IMG/VR virus record: IMGVR_UViG_3300013005_000001
Span: 62,001-126,000 of that record
Reading direction: 5' to 3' (one strand)
DNA length: 64,000 bases
A model generated the notes under the pieces. The model was given only the letters and a program-made list of their open reading frames with translations, did not search any database and was not told where the DNA came from. This document shows positions 36,479 to 46,070 of the stretch, piece after piece. A program made the translations under genes and the position numbers. How positions within the stretch are numbered: the stretch's first letter is position 1; every line of letters begins with the position of its first letter.

Positions 36479-39019
36479 CTAGAACTCAGCTTTGAGTCTA
36501 CGTGCAGGAGCAAGTGCTTCATTGTTAGTAAACACAATAGGTGAAAAGGTTGCATGATGCTTCTGGTATTCGAGCACATCGTTAAAGACGTGTTCTGTAC
36601 CATCAGGATCAGTGTAGACCCACTTATTGTGTCTAAAAGTTTTGATCTTATACTCATTGTCTTCGTATTGCATGATTACACGCTTACCAATACCGTAGTG
36701 AATGAGAGCTTTCTCAAGATACGGATATACAGTGCGGTTCATAACAATTTGGTCAGACAACTTACCTGAACTAGTAGGCTCTTTAATGCTTGAGCAATAC
36801 AAAGCAAGTACAAAGTCATGTTGATCCTCGACGCGTTCAAATGAATTGATTGCATCGACAACAAACTTGTACAAGTAATCCCATTCTTCACGCTTTATAG
36901 AACCAACAGTTTGAACGAATTCGTTGCTGTTAGTATTATAAATGTTCATACGGAACTTACGTAGTATGGGGCCAGCGTGAAAGTACAAGCGTTCAGCAAG
37001 AGCTTGAATAGTCGGAGACAATTCAATATTTTCTTGTGAATACTTGGTTACACGCTCTACATACAATGCATTGTAGTGCTTGCAGAGATTATTCAAATGA
37101 GTAAGTGTACCTTCGTAGGTTTCTACTTCAGGATGCTTACGAGCAAGATTCTTAAAGCGACCAAACCATAGATCATGATCTATTGGACGGCCGGAATTAA
37201 GAACCTCTTGAATAATAGTTTCTGCTTCAGCATCGATAGCTTGACGATCACGAGGATCTGAAGTCTGAGTACATCCGTCAATAGCAGATTCTAAAGAACA
37301 TACTTGAACTGGACGATGTTTTCCTAAAGTGGAAGAGTGAAGCATTGATCCGTTTACAAAACGACCAACGTTACCACCCATCATCGCAGTATCAATGTCT
37401 GCCATAACATCTGCTACAGAATAATTTTGCTCAGTCTTACGGACAGGCAAAGGGTTGTGATCACTTGGCAAACCAAGATACTTAACCTGATCGTTACGAA
37501 TTGCATAAGACAATCGAACTGGCCAGTTACGACCATTTACTTCAGGAAAGCTAATCACTTCGCCATTAGCTTTAGACCAAGTAGGATACCACTCGTCTTC
37601 AACATAGCTAAGAATGGTGTATTCACCATAGCCATTAGGAGAACGAGCGATAATAACTACTTTTTGACCGTCTTGAGTACCACCGGTAAGTGTACGATAG
37701 AATAACTTAAAGAAGTCGTCTTGATCATGACCGCCATGGCTCTCGTACATCTCAAGCCAGTCAAAGTCATTGACAACGTGAACACCGATATCATTGAGTC
37801 GACGAATTGTACCTTCTTCAACTTCAATATCCCATCCGCCCATACGTGCTAACGATTCAGGAATAACCTGCTCGTAAACACTGCACGGGATAGGGATACG
37901 GTTTTCAAGTGGCTTTGCGTGTGAGATAGCAAGAGTCTTAAACAACCACGGAGAATCCGTAATTGATAGTCCCATACTAGCCCAACGATAACCAACGTAT
38001 CCGATGCGAGCTTGAGCTTCTACATCTTCGACTTCTTTATTGTCACGTGAGAACTGACGAACAAAGTATGACTTCCAGTTGGTGAGAAGACGTCCATTGA
38101 CTGCGTCTTGGAACATCTTTTCATAGTCTTCTTTAAGCCACATTTCCATGTCAGCTTTGCGGAACAACTTTGGAAAGTTGATTACTGTTTGATCGTCAGT
38201 AACTACACGGGATTTAGGTCCTTGAGGTTCTGCGATAAGACGGAATCCACTAGAATAAGCAAGTTCTTTCTTAACGTTTTCACGAGTTGAAAGAATGTCA
38301 ACTCCTTCTGGAAGATTATCGGAAACAATGAAGTTGCCTTTAATCATGCCGTCTTCAAATAGAAGTCGACCATTGAATACGCGAGATTCAATTAGAAATC
38401 TGCGAAGGTCTGCTTGAATCTTTGGATCATAGTATACATCGTTTTGATCTTCTGAGTTGTTAGAGTCATAGATAGGCATTGCTTCTACAGCCTTACGAAT
38501 AAGACGTGAAGAAACAATGAAGCCACCATCGAGAAGTCGAGGTGTAGCTTGTTCTACCCATTCTGCCCAACCAGATTCAAAATTGAAACGTGTATAGTCA
38601 GTAGGATTAACCCATTGAATATTGACATCATCAAAATGAGCATTGATAAGTGCAGCACGGTGTACGGTTTTAAGACGCTTAGAGGTCTTGCCACCACCTT
38701 TGACTTTATATCCAGACTTAGTAAGTGCTGAAAGCCATCCGTTAGATCCCTTAAGGGATACAGCAACAATCTTGTTCTTGTCAACCAAAGCGTATTCGAC
38801 TGAAGGATGAGAAATAATCTTTTCAACTTCTGCACGGTCAAATACATTGGTGGGAATAGGCATTGTTGCTACACGAAACTCGGAAGCATCAACATTTTCC
38901 ATAAGCTCACGCATGATGCCTATGTCATAGAATCCAATTTGGTAGTCGTTAGTAGAACGCAATGGAGCATCCTTAAATGCTTTCATGCGTACTGTTGGTC
39001 GGTATGTATTAAAGTTCAT
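36479..39019 (-). CDS. putative single-subunit two-barrel RNA polymerase (RdRP/YonO-like), paralog 1
   Basis: SKRL, DGGFIVS, NGRLLFEDGMIKG, NVKKE, DDQT, GGHDQDD, ARSPN; AGGAGG RBS. Confidence 0.6.
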   Translation of the reverse strand: MNFNTYRPTVRMKAFKDAPLRSTNDYQIGFYDIGIMRELMENVDASEFRVATMPIPTNVFDRAEVEKIISHPSVEYALVDKNKIVAVSLKGSNGWLSALTKSGYKVKGGGKTSKRLKTVHRAALINAHFDDVNIQWVNPTDYTRFNFESGWAEWVEQATPRLLDGGFIVSSRLIRKAVEAMPIYDSNNSEDQNDVYYDPKIQADLRRFLIESRVFNGRLLFEDGMIKGNFIVSDNLPEGVDILSTRENVKKELAYSSGFRLIAEPQGPKSRVVTDDQTVINFPKLFRKADMEMWLKEDYEKMFQDAVNGRLLTNWKSYFVRQFSRDNKEVEDVEAQARIGYVGYRWASMGLSITDSPWLFKTLAISHAKPLENRIPIPCSVYEQVIPESLARMGGWDIEVEEGTIRRLNDIGVHVVNDFDWLEMYESHGGHDQDDFFKLFYRTLTGGTQDGQKVVIIARSPNGYGEYTILSYVEDEWYPTWSKANGEVISFPEVNGRNWPVRLSYAIRNDQVKYLGLPSDHNPLPVRKTEQNYSVADVMADIDTAMMGGNVGRFVNGSMLHSSTLGKHRPVQVCSLESAIDGCTQTSDPRDRQAIDAEAETIIQEVLNSGRPIDHDLWFGRFKNLARKHPEVETYEGTLTHLNNLCKHYNALYVERVTKYSQENIELSPTIQALAERLYFHAGPILRKFRMNIYNTNSNEFVQTVGSIKREEWDYLYKFVVDAINSFERVEDQHDFVLALYCSSIKEPTSSGKLSDQIVMNRTVYPYLEKALIHYGIGKRVIMQYEDNEYKIKTFRHNKWVYTDPDGTEHVFNDVLEYQKHHATFSPIVFTNNEALAPARRLKAEF

Positions 39020-39213
39020 AATCCCTCCTTAGGATTAGTCATTGGTCCCTTCTTTTTGTATAAACTATTCCCTTATTAAAAAATAATTTACACAATTAGA
39101 ATATTTGATACTTGTATGTGTGAGTGCCAGCTGTTATATTTTCGAAGCCAGGCTGGCGCTGGTTCTTTTCAGGTATATAACTAAACCTGTTCTTAGTTAG
39201 CTTTGGAGCATTG

Positions 39214-39411
39214 CTAAGAAACTTTACGAGGGACAGAGTAACCCAACTTAGGGCCAGGAGCCTTAGTTAATGTTGCCTTGCCACTGATAAGTATGTTGTA
39301 ATCATTTAAAGCGTCACAAATTCGCAAGCAAATATTGTGAAGCTCATGGTGGTTGATTTGGTTTGTTTGCAGACTTTCGTAGATGTCTGAATACATTTGT
39401 GTATAATTCAC
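39214..39411 (-). CDS. hypothetical protein
   Basis: GGAG RBS. Confidence 0.5.
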   Translation of the reverse strand: MNYTQMYSDIYESLQTNQINHHELHNICLRICDALNDYNILISGKATLTKAPGPKLGYSVPRKVS

Positions 39412-39499
39412 AAATATCTCCTTTTATAGACATGAACTACTCATCTACAGCATAAAGTTAATAAGCTGTTGAAGAATGTTCAAGTATTTTAACTTGTCA

Positions 39500-40081
39500 T
39501 TATTTTGCAGGTACCAGAAGGCCGTTAGTAAAGTTTTCAAACTTAGGACGACCCTTAGTAGAGATTCGCCATAAGTTGAAAGCCCAACGGTCTGGATCTA
39601 CATCTTCTGTCCAATGCAAATTCTTGCAATTGAACTCGAAGACTTCTCCACCAGTCATTTCAATCTTAGTGATTTCAGGTGGATTAATTTGATGTTCTTC
39701 AGGTACCCATTTATACATTGGGTACGCTTTAGAATAGCACCATGTAACTCTACCAAGATTAATTCCGATAGAACGGAAGTCAGCATAAGCTGCATCTCGG
39801 TGAGGACTAATGCTGCCACCTTTGGAAACCAGACCTAACTCTGGTTCCCATTCAAATGTTGAACAAATGTTTTTAACAAATGTCCAGATCTTATCATCTT
39901 GACAAGCAAGTTGATAGTCTCTGGCTTCACTTAGTGGAGCTTCGTATGGAAACCATACTCGACTTCGACCAGGTGCATAGTTAGAAACGTCAGTGCCAAG
40001 TTGAGGTACAATATTCTCTTCGAGGTATTGAACTGCTTTAGCAACACGTTCTGGACTTATTGTTGTAATAATATTAAGCAT
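39500..40081 (-). CDS. 2OG-Fe(II) dioxygenase (AlkB-like)
   Basis: ISPHRD (HxD), INLG, NLHW (distal His), RWAFNLWR. Confidence 0.75.
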   Translation of the reverse strand: MLNIITTISPERVAKAVQYLEENIVPQLGTDVSNYAPGRSRVWFPYEAPLSEARDYQLACQDDKIWTFVKNICSTFEWEPELGLVSKGGSISPHRDAAYADFRSIGINLGRVTWCYSKAYPMYKWVPEEHQINPPEITKIEMTGGEVFEFNCKNLHWTEDVDPDRWAFNLWRISTKGRPKFENFTNGLLVPAK

Positions 40082-40089
40082 TGTGTTCC

Positions 40090-40530
40090 TTATGGCTTGA
40101 ATGGGTCGTTAAAAATTGAATTTAAATCAAATTTTGGTTTTGAAGTTTTGCGAGGAGTAACAGGTAAAGCTGATACTGCAAAAAACAAATTAACTTGTGA
40201 GCGTCGAACTGTAACCATTCTTCCATCAGAAAGTTGAACTTTAGATTTTGTAACAGGTTCAGGAATATCACCGCTTGCAAGAGTATTTAACTCTCCATTG
40301 ACACTATAGACAAGAGCCCATCCAGTAGCACCAGGAGGAATTCTTGTTCCATACTTAGATGCACGAATTCCGTAGAAGTCAAATGATTCAGTGTTGTTCT
40401 TTTTTCTGCGATAGCCTAGAAGAGCACGAGCAAACAATGAGTCTGCGTAGCCTTCTTCGTCTTTAGTAGCATGCAAAACAAAATAGCAGTCAGCAAAGTC
40501 TGTAGGGATTGTTAATTCATTAGTATTCAT
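40090..40530 (-). CDS. hypothetical protein
   Basis: ORF track. Confidence 0.6.
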   Translation of the reverse strand: MNTNELTIPTDFADCYFVLHATKDEEGYADSLFARALLGYRRKKNNTESFDFYGIRASKYGTRIPPGATGWALVYSVNGELNTLASGDIPEPVTKSKVQLSDGRMVTVRRSQVNLFFAVSALPVTPRKTSKPKFDLNSIFNDPFKP

Positions 40531-40539
40531 TTTAATTTT

Positions 40540-41286
40540 TTATTCTTTAAATGGGTTGTTAGGGATTGGGACTTCTTGCTTTTCACCATCAATATAAATA
40601 AAAGATGGACGATCAGGAACAACATTGTAATGTGCCTGGTAAGCAACAGCGTGGTAATGGCTCAAAAAGATCTTGACAGCAAACCTACGTGCTTGAGCAT
40701 CTATCTGTTCTTGGGGAAGTTTTCCCAGAGATAGAGTATCAAGGTTCAGTTTATTTTTTGAACTTGCATTGTCAAGAAGTTCATAAGCTTTATCAGCATA
40801 CATTAAACTGTTGTTATTGTCAGTTCGTCTTGCGCGATCTTGCAAATATAGGTGTCCATAAAAACACTTGGAACGATTAGCATACTTTGAAAAATTTAAA
40901 CCAATTTTCCAACAAATGTTTTTAAGTTCACCATTGTATGCTGCTTTGCCACTGTCTTGTGCAGATGGATCAAAACCAGCATAACGCCAGAGAGCACCAG
41001 CTGTGTTGGCTTTGGTGATATCAATATGGGACATAATGCCCGCAGTAAGTACTGGGCCAAGACCATATTGGTTAATACACCATTCGCCAACAACTGAAGC
41101 TGTTGAATAGTTAGTAAGTGGACGCTTAATGAGAGCGTCTACCGAATCAAGCGAGTCAAGCATAAGCTCGACAAGTTCGATGTCATCTTCGTCTTTAAGA
41201 AGATGTTCGATAGATGCTTTAGCCTCTTGAATTTTGTAATAAGAAGCTACAATTTTGCGGACAGAATTGTTATCTAAATTGGACAT
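40540..41286 (-). CDS. stand-alone IS110 C-terminal/Nop-like RNA-binding protein (TasA-like), no RuvC domain
   Basis: YYKIQ coiled coil, GLGPVLTAGIMS.ID, ALWRYAG.DP, YN.ELK, ARRFAVKIFL. Confidence 0.65.
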   Translation of the reverse strand: MSNLDNNSVRKIVASYYKIQEAKASIEHLLKDEDDIELVELMLDSLDSVDALIKRPLTNYSTASVVGEWCINQYGLGPVLTAGIMSHIDITKANTAGALWRYAGFDPSAQDSGKAAYNGELKNICWKIGLNFSKYANRSKCFYGHLYLQDRARRTDNNNSLMYADKAYELLDNASSKNKLNLDTLSLGKLPQEQIDAQARRFAVKIFLSHYHAVAYQAHYNVVPDRPSFIYIDGEKQEVPIPNNPFKE

Positions 41287-41312
41287 GATACTATTCCTTT
41301 ATGTAATATAAA

Positions 41313-41756
41313 TTATGAAGCTTTTTTATAAGCCTTGTACTTGGTAGTTGCCTTACGGCTAATCCAAATGGGTGCAGTAATAACTTTACCGGTACCGTAT
41401 GCAACTTTAGCCAAATCACCGGCAAGTTCTTTGCCTTTATCTGATTTGTCTTTTACCACGGTTTTAATATGAACAGTACGAGGAGTCCCAAGAGTCTGAG
41501 CTTTAGGACTATCGTAGTTCCAATGCAAGAATGCATAACCGGGAATTGACAATACGGTCGATATCATAGCTGCACCAAGGGCAATTAAGCCTTGAGCACC
41601 AAATGCAAGACCCAAGATAAATGAGATTAGCACGGATACAACCATGTTAAACCATTTGTACTTGTGAGCATTGACTCGCCAACCAGCAAAGTTGGCAGCA
41701 AACATCATTTCGACAATAGTCGAAGAGATTGCTAGCATTATCATCATCATAAACAT
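41313..41756 (-). CDS. membrane protein (about 3 TM helices)
   Basis: Hydrophobic N-terminal segments. Confidence 0.65.
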   Translation of the reverse strand: MFMMMIMLAISSTIVEMMFAANFAGWRVNAHKYKWFNMVVSVLISFILGLAFGAQGLIALGAAMISTVLSIPGYAFLHWNYDSPKAQTLGTPRTVHIKTVVKDKSDKGKELAGDLAKVAYGTGKVITAPIWISRKATTKYKAYKKAS

Positions 41757-41801
41757 TGTATATTCTCCTATGTAATTATATAGTCTTTAGTTTTGTAGAT
41801 A

Positions 41802-41942
41802 CTATAGTTTTTTTTTCTTGTCAATTTTCTCCTGTTCACGCTTAGATCTGTATTCAGGATCTCCTTTTAGAAAGAAGACTAATAAGACTATGAAGCATAT
41901 TGGAAAGAATATAATAGTTATAAGATCTATGTATACTGGCAT
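41802..41942 (-). CDS. small membrane protein
   Basis: MPVYIDLITIIFFP... TM helix plus basic tail. Confidence 0.45.
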   Translation of the reverse strand: MPVYIDLITIIFFPICFIVLLVFFLKGDPEYRSKREQEKIDKKKKL

Positions 41943-42063
41943 AAAATTACCTTCTGTGTAGTGTTCCCTTCTTTTTTGTACGAACAAAAAAAGTGGATAC
42001 ATAGCAAAGGGGCCGGACTCTTGCGAGCCCGACCCCTAAATGCCGTGTCTTTTGTTGCTTATC

Positions 42064-42426
42064 CTAGCGGCTAAGTTCTACCCAAAGATTCCAAGCGTTG
42101 GCTTTGGTTTGATCTTGTACGATACAACGACTTAGTCTAAGGCCGTCTTGATTGGCTTTAGCGTACATGGTAGCTGCAAAGTTGTTTGCTTCTTTTTGAG
42201 TAGCAAACGGGATATTGATATGGAATGATTGGTTCATGTTTTCCAGAAGATGTGCGTACATCTGTGTGGTAATAGCATTACGCTTACGTCCACGGCCAGC
42301 TCCTATTGGAAAGCTAGCTACTGGTGTCATGAGTGAGGTTACATCAGTTATACCAAATCGCTCTGGGCGTTTGATCAACTGAGTAGCAGTGGACATGTCT
42401 GACAGGTTACGAATCCGTGTGGTCAT
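42064..42426 (-). CDS. hypothetical protein
   Basis: AAGGAG RBS, followed by a hairpin terminator. Confidence 0.65.
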   Translation of the reverse strand: MTTRIRNLSDMSTATQLIKRPERFGITDVTSLMTPVASFPIGAGRGRKRNAITTQMYAHLLENMNQSFHINIPFATQKEANNFAATMYAKANQDGLRLSRCIVQDQTKANAWNLWVELSR

Positions 42427-42487
42427 CGTATTCTCCTTATATTAATAATGAAAGTTTGGTATATTTCTGTACATACAGCTGTACATA

Positions 42488-43363
42488 CTATTGTCTAGCT
42501 TTTATATTCCAATTGGATAATCTTCCACTTGAAAAGTGTAAGATCCAGCTGGCAAACAAAGCGTTGACTTTTGGATTCATTAAATCTTCAGGACTATATC
42601 CAAATTGTTCTCTTAATGTTTTAAACCATGAAGAGTTAATTTGTAATAGACCTGAATCATATGATCCATTGCTGTTAAGTGTCCAAACTAATTTGCCATT
42701 TTCCCATTTAGCATTGACGGCTCCAGGATTACACCTAGATTCACGCCAAGCAATATAGGAAAAGACTTTAGGTGGCATAGCATACTGTTTAAAAGTAGGT
42801 TCATATTGAGGACAATAGAACTGATCACCTATAGGTAACTTAGCTTTTAGTACAGTGTCTTTTTTAGCTTTTAGATAGGCGTTGTTTTTAATACAACCCC
42901 ATCCATTGAATCCTACTGCTGGACGATAGAAAGGCTTATTAGCCAATTTATCTTCTAGAGTTAGGAATTCTTTTGTTTGGTAACCGAGTACAGCTATTCT
43001 GTTAGCTACAACAATTTGTTCTAGCACAGTCGCTTTGGAAGGGTGAGAAGCAAATTCTTTGCCTCCGTAACCCTCCCAGGTAGATCTGGCTATGCCAAGT
43101 CCACCTCCCCAGTTACCACCATCTTGCCAGTTTTGGGCAGTTTCACATTGTGCCACTTTAGTCCAATACTTTATGGAAGGTCCCATCTTAAATGTGACGT
43201 ATTTCCATTTGGTTGGAACACTAGGCAGGTTTGTACTTCGGGGTTCGGAAGATGACTCCGAAACACCTCCGACATCCTGGGCAGATGCTGATGTTGTTGT
43301 TGCTGGTAATACTCCAGCTATTGCCACTATAAGTGACAATAATATATTTCGTATGTTGCGCAT
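42488..43363 (-). CDS. secreted Rpf-like transglycosylase fused to a second lysozyme-like (SLT) domain
   Basis: Signal peptide; W.KVAQCET..NW...GGGL.I..STW..YGG...EQI.VA; IAWRES...N...DSGLLQIN. Confidence 0.85.
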   Translation of the reverse strand: MRNIRNILLSLIVAIAGVLPATTTSASAQDVGGVSESSSEPRSTNLPSVPTKWKYVTFKMGPSIKYWTKVAQCETAQNWQDGGNWGGGLGIARSTWEGYGGKEFASHPSKATVLEQIVVANRIAVLGYQTKEFLTLEDKLANKPFYRPAVGFNGWGCIKNNAYLKAKKDTVLKAKLPIGDQFYCPQYEPTFKQYAMPPKVFSYIAWRESRCNPGAVNAKWENGKLVWTLNSNGSYDSGLLQINSSWFKTLREQFGYSPEDLMNPKVNALFASWILHFSSGRLSNWNIKARQ

Positions 43364-43548
43364 GGTATCGCTCCTTTCGTGTGGGTCTGAGACTTACGTC
43401 TCATTAGCAAACGCGCAGGTTGCGAAACCGAAGATGCACGGACACAACGAATTGTCCGTAGCAGTGGCAGGATTGCCTCTCCGACTTCGTAGATATAACT
43501 ATCTATTTGGGTTGGGGATGTTACCCCTGCCCGTTGCAAGCGGGCATC
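43364..43548 (-). ncRNA. highly structured 5' leader (candidate cis-regulatory RNA) of the Rpf gene
   Basis: Six hairpins including TACGGACA/TGTCCGTG and TGAGAC-GTAA-GTCTCA. Confidence 0.45.
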
Positions 43549-43841
43549 ATATATTGTATCACATAGTTGATAGTGTTGGTAGTTTTTAAACTAAACAGTT
43601 TGTTCCTCCAGTGTTTTACCATACAGGATATTATTTAATATAATATTTTCCTGTTTTAATTTCATTTGAAATTATGGTATAAACGGAAAAAGGAATACAT
43701 TACTTAAAAGTAGATATCCCGAGAAACTGTTGGGACAATTTCCCGGGATATTACAAAGACATTGTATTCCTGCGCTTCGCAATAATTTAATTGCGTTCTA
43801 TAAATAGTAACGGTTTTTAAAGTATTACTAAGCTTTGGTGT

Positions 43842-44096
43842 TTACATTTCCGTAGATGCGTCAATTGTCATGCTGCCACTGCTGCTGCTGTTAACAGCGT
43901 TAGTGCCAGATGGATTAACTTTATATACGCCTCTACGAACTTGAGAGAATCTAGAAGAATTCTTTCGCATGTAGATGTAAACGTTTTGAACAGTGCAGCC
44001 AATTTCTGTTGCAAGTTGAGCAACAGTGATTTCAGTTCCGTTGCTGTACTTGGTATTGATGAGCTGTTCAATAGCATTTGTTTTTCCTCTTGGCAT
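43842..44096 (-). CDS. HTH DNA-binding protein
   Basis: ITVAQLATEIGCTVQNVY...RRGVY. Confidence 0.7.
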   Translation of the reverse strand: MPRGKTNAIEQLINTKYSNGTEITVAQLATEIGCTVQNVYIYMRKNSSRFSQVRRGVYKVNPSGTNAVNSSSSGSMTIDASTEM

Positions 44097-44285
44097 TTTG
44101 GTACTCCTCTATGAGGTTGTTGATGTTAATAAGATATATAAAGATATATAGCTACAGGTGTTAAATGTAGATGATATCAGAAATATCTAAAGTTTTTCAG
44201 ATACCATCATTACAAGTCATATATATTATATAGTATTAAAAACCTCAAAGGTGTATAAAATAGGAGGTTTAACAAAAAATACGAT

Positions 44286-44468
44286 TTAGAAGACAATTCC
44301 CTTAGCTTCGCACAAGGCTGGAAGAGACTGAGACATGTTACTAAAAGCTTGAGACAGAGTGTCAAATCCTTCAGTTAAAGATCTTAAGTCCTTCACGTTT
44401 TCTTGTACGATAGGAACTGTAATTAAACAATCATAATATTTTGTATAGGTTTCGTGAAAGACTCTCAA
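44286..44468 (-). CDS. hypothetical protein (start likely further upstream)
   Basis: ORF track. Confidence 0.4.
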   Translation of the reverse strand: MRVFHETYTKYYDCLITVPIVQENVKDLRSLTEGFDTLSQAFSNMSQSLPALCEAKGIVF

Positions 44469-44679
44469 GTTCTCAAAGAACTGAGCCTCTAGTTCACCTA
44501 GTGATGTTTTTGGATTTTGTTTAGGAAGAATAATCTTACCCCTTTTTAAAATAAAATTGGTGGAAGACCAGCCCCCAGTAGCACAAAGGATTAGACTACT
44601 GAGGACTGGACTGAGTTAGCTGTAGACCAAGCTTGACTACCTAGTGGGAGCTAAATGTAAAGGAGGGTATATATCCAGC

Positions 44680-44970
44680 TCAGCTTGGATCTTGAAGCGT
44701 AACTTTTTCCACTTTTTTTAACTTACTATAATTTTCAATCATATCTAGGATATCATCAATTCTTTGAATGGACGATTGAATTCTAGTATGATCTTCTTTA
44801 GTTATAGTGTTGGTCAAATCAAGGTTTAGATAATTTCTTAGTGTAGACTGTTGAGATAACAGTGATTTGTTGAGAATTTCTAAGTTAGATTCATCGTCAA
44901 AAATCTCGCTAATTAGATTGTTCATTATATCTCTTTTCATGCCAAATCCGGCGATTAATTTTTTTTTCAA
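44680..44970 (-). CDS. hypothetical protein
   Basis: ORF track. Confidence 0.5.
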   Translation of the reverse strand: MKKKLIAGFGMKRDIMNNLISEIFDDESNLEILNKSLLSQQSTLRNYLNLDLTNTITKEDHTRIQSSIQRIDDILDMIENYSKLKKVEKVTLQDPS

Positions 44971-45414
44971 TTAGAACGGATCATCTGAATCATCAGTGAT
45001 AGTGGGAAAAGCTAGGATAGTCTTGTTAAGGTTATCCTTAGCTGGCTTTAACCGTGTGCTGTACCAGTCTAACTCGTGATCTAGGTAATTAGACAGGTTG
45101 TCACCTGATTGTAAGATCCAGTCTGCTGGAGCAAATGAGTTTGCAGCGTATAGAATATCTAACGCTAGGGCTCGCCAGTCTACGGCTGGCTCGCCGGCAA
45201 AATCATTAGTAAAGTCTTTTGATGAGGATGATGAAGATATATCTGGAGAAGTATAATACTTGTCATGCCAGGCTTCTATCTGTGAGTTTAGTTCTGGATT
45301 GCTAGTACGCAAGGGTGCGTGTTCGCAATGGCCGGAACAAAAACCATCTGAATAGAATCCTATAGCTACAAGTAGCTCATGAACATCATTAGGGGGATAA
45401 GGTTTATTGGACAT
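44971..45414 (-). CDS. hypothetical protein, acidic DDPF tail
   Basis: ORF track. Confidence 0.55.
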   Translation of the reverse strand: MSNKPYPPNDVHELLVAIGFYSDGFCSGHCEHAPLRTSNPELNSQIEAWHDKYYTSPDISSSSSSKDFTNDFAGEPAVDWRALALDILYAANSFAPADWILQSGDNLSNYLDHELDWYSTRLKPAKDNLNKTILAFPTITDDSDDPF

Positions 45415-45655
45415 GTTGGTAAGTTTCTGTGTGTAGTACGCCACGGATGGCGTAGGTGAATAGTGCTATTAGTGCTAGGGCTATAGAGGCTTGAATATAC
45501 ATGCCAGCTATCATAAGAGATATGACAAGGCCGGCAGAATAAAAGCTCTCTAATGCCCAATAGGATACTAATACTTTTCTAGGAGTATCTTTAGACTTAA
45601 TACGGTTAATAACCTTGGCTGTAGTACGGCCTATGTGCTTAAGTAGTCGTTTCAT
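45404..45655 (-). CDS. small membrane protein
   Basis: Two hydrophobic helices; GGAG RBS. Confidence 0.6.
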   Translation of the reverse strand: MKRLLKHIGRTTAKVINRIKSKDTPRKVLVSYWALESFYSAGLVISLMIAGMYIQASIALALIALFTYAIRGVLHTETYQHVQ

Positions 45656-46070
45656 AGATAGCTCCTATATCAGTGTTTTATCACATTGTATTCATAGCTT
45701 GATTAAGCATTTATAATACTTGTGTAGAGAGGGATTGTAGTGGTGGGTGGTGGGGACTAGTGGGGGATAGAGGGTAGGACTCATTTATAGGGTTGTATAG
45801 TTTATACAGGTTATATATGGGTACCCCTGCGCGAGGGTCTACCTTATGGGGTTTTATTAACAAAAAGGTTCAAGGATTGATCCTGTAGTTACCCTAAAGG
45901 TATACTGTCGCTATCCTATTTATGTATATACCATAGGTAAGTAAAGCATTATTTGATTGCGGCGATTCTCGCCCTAGAATTAAAAAATATAATATTTTAA
46001 CTAGGGACATACGAAAAGCCGGCGTAGGTAACCACTATACCTACAACCGGCTTCTCAGTCCGCATATGAC

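Noticed and set aside
39149-39162. Single CCA-N9-TG pattern near the TasA-like gene as a TIGR array
   Set aside because: Only one instance, with no periodic edge/loop repeats.
40540-41286. Active IS110 insertion sequence
   Set aside because: No N-terminal DEDD RuvC domain and no non-coding end; the gene is tightly packed between phage genes.
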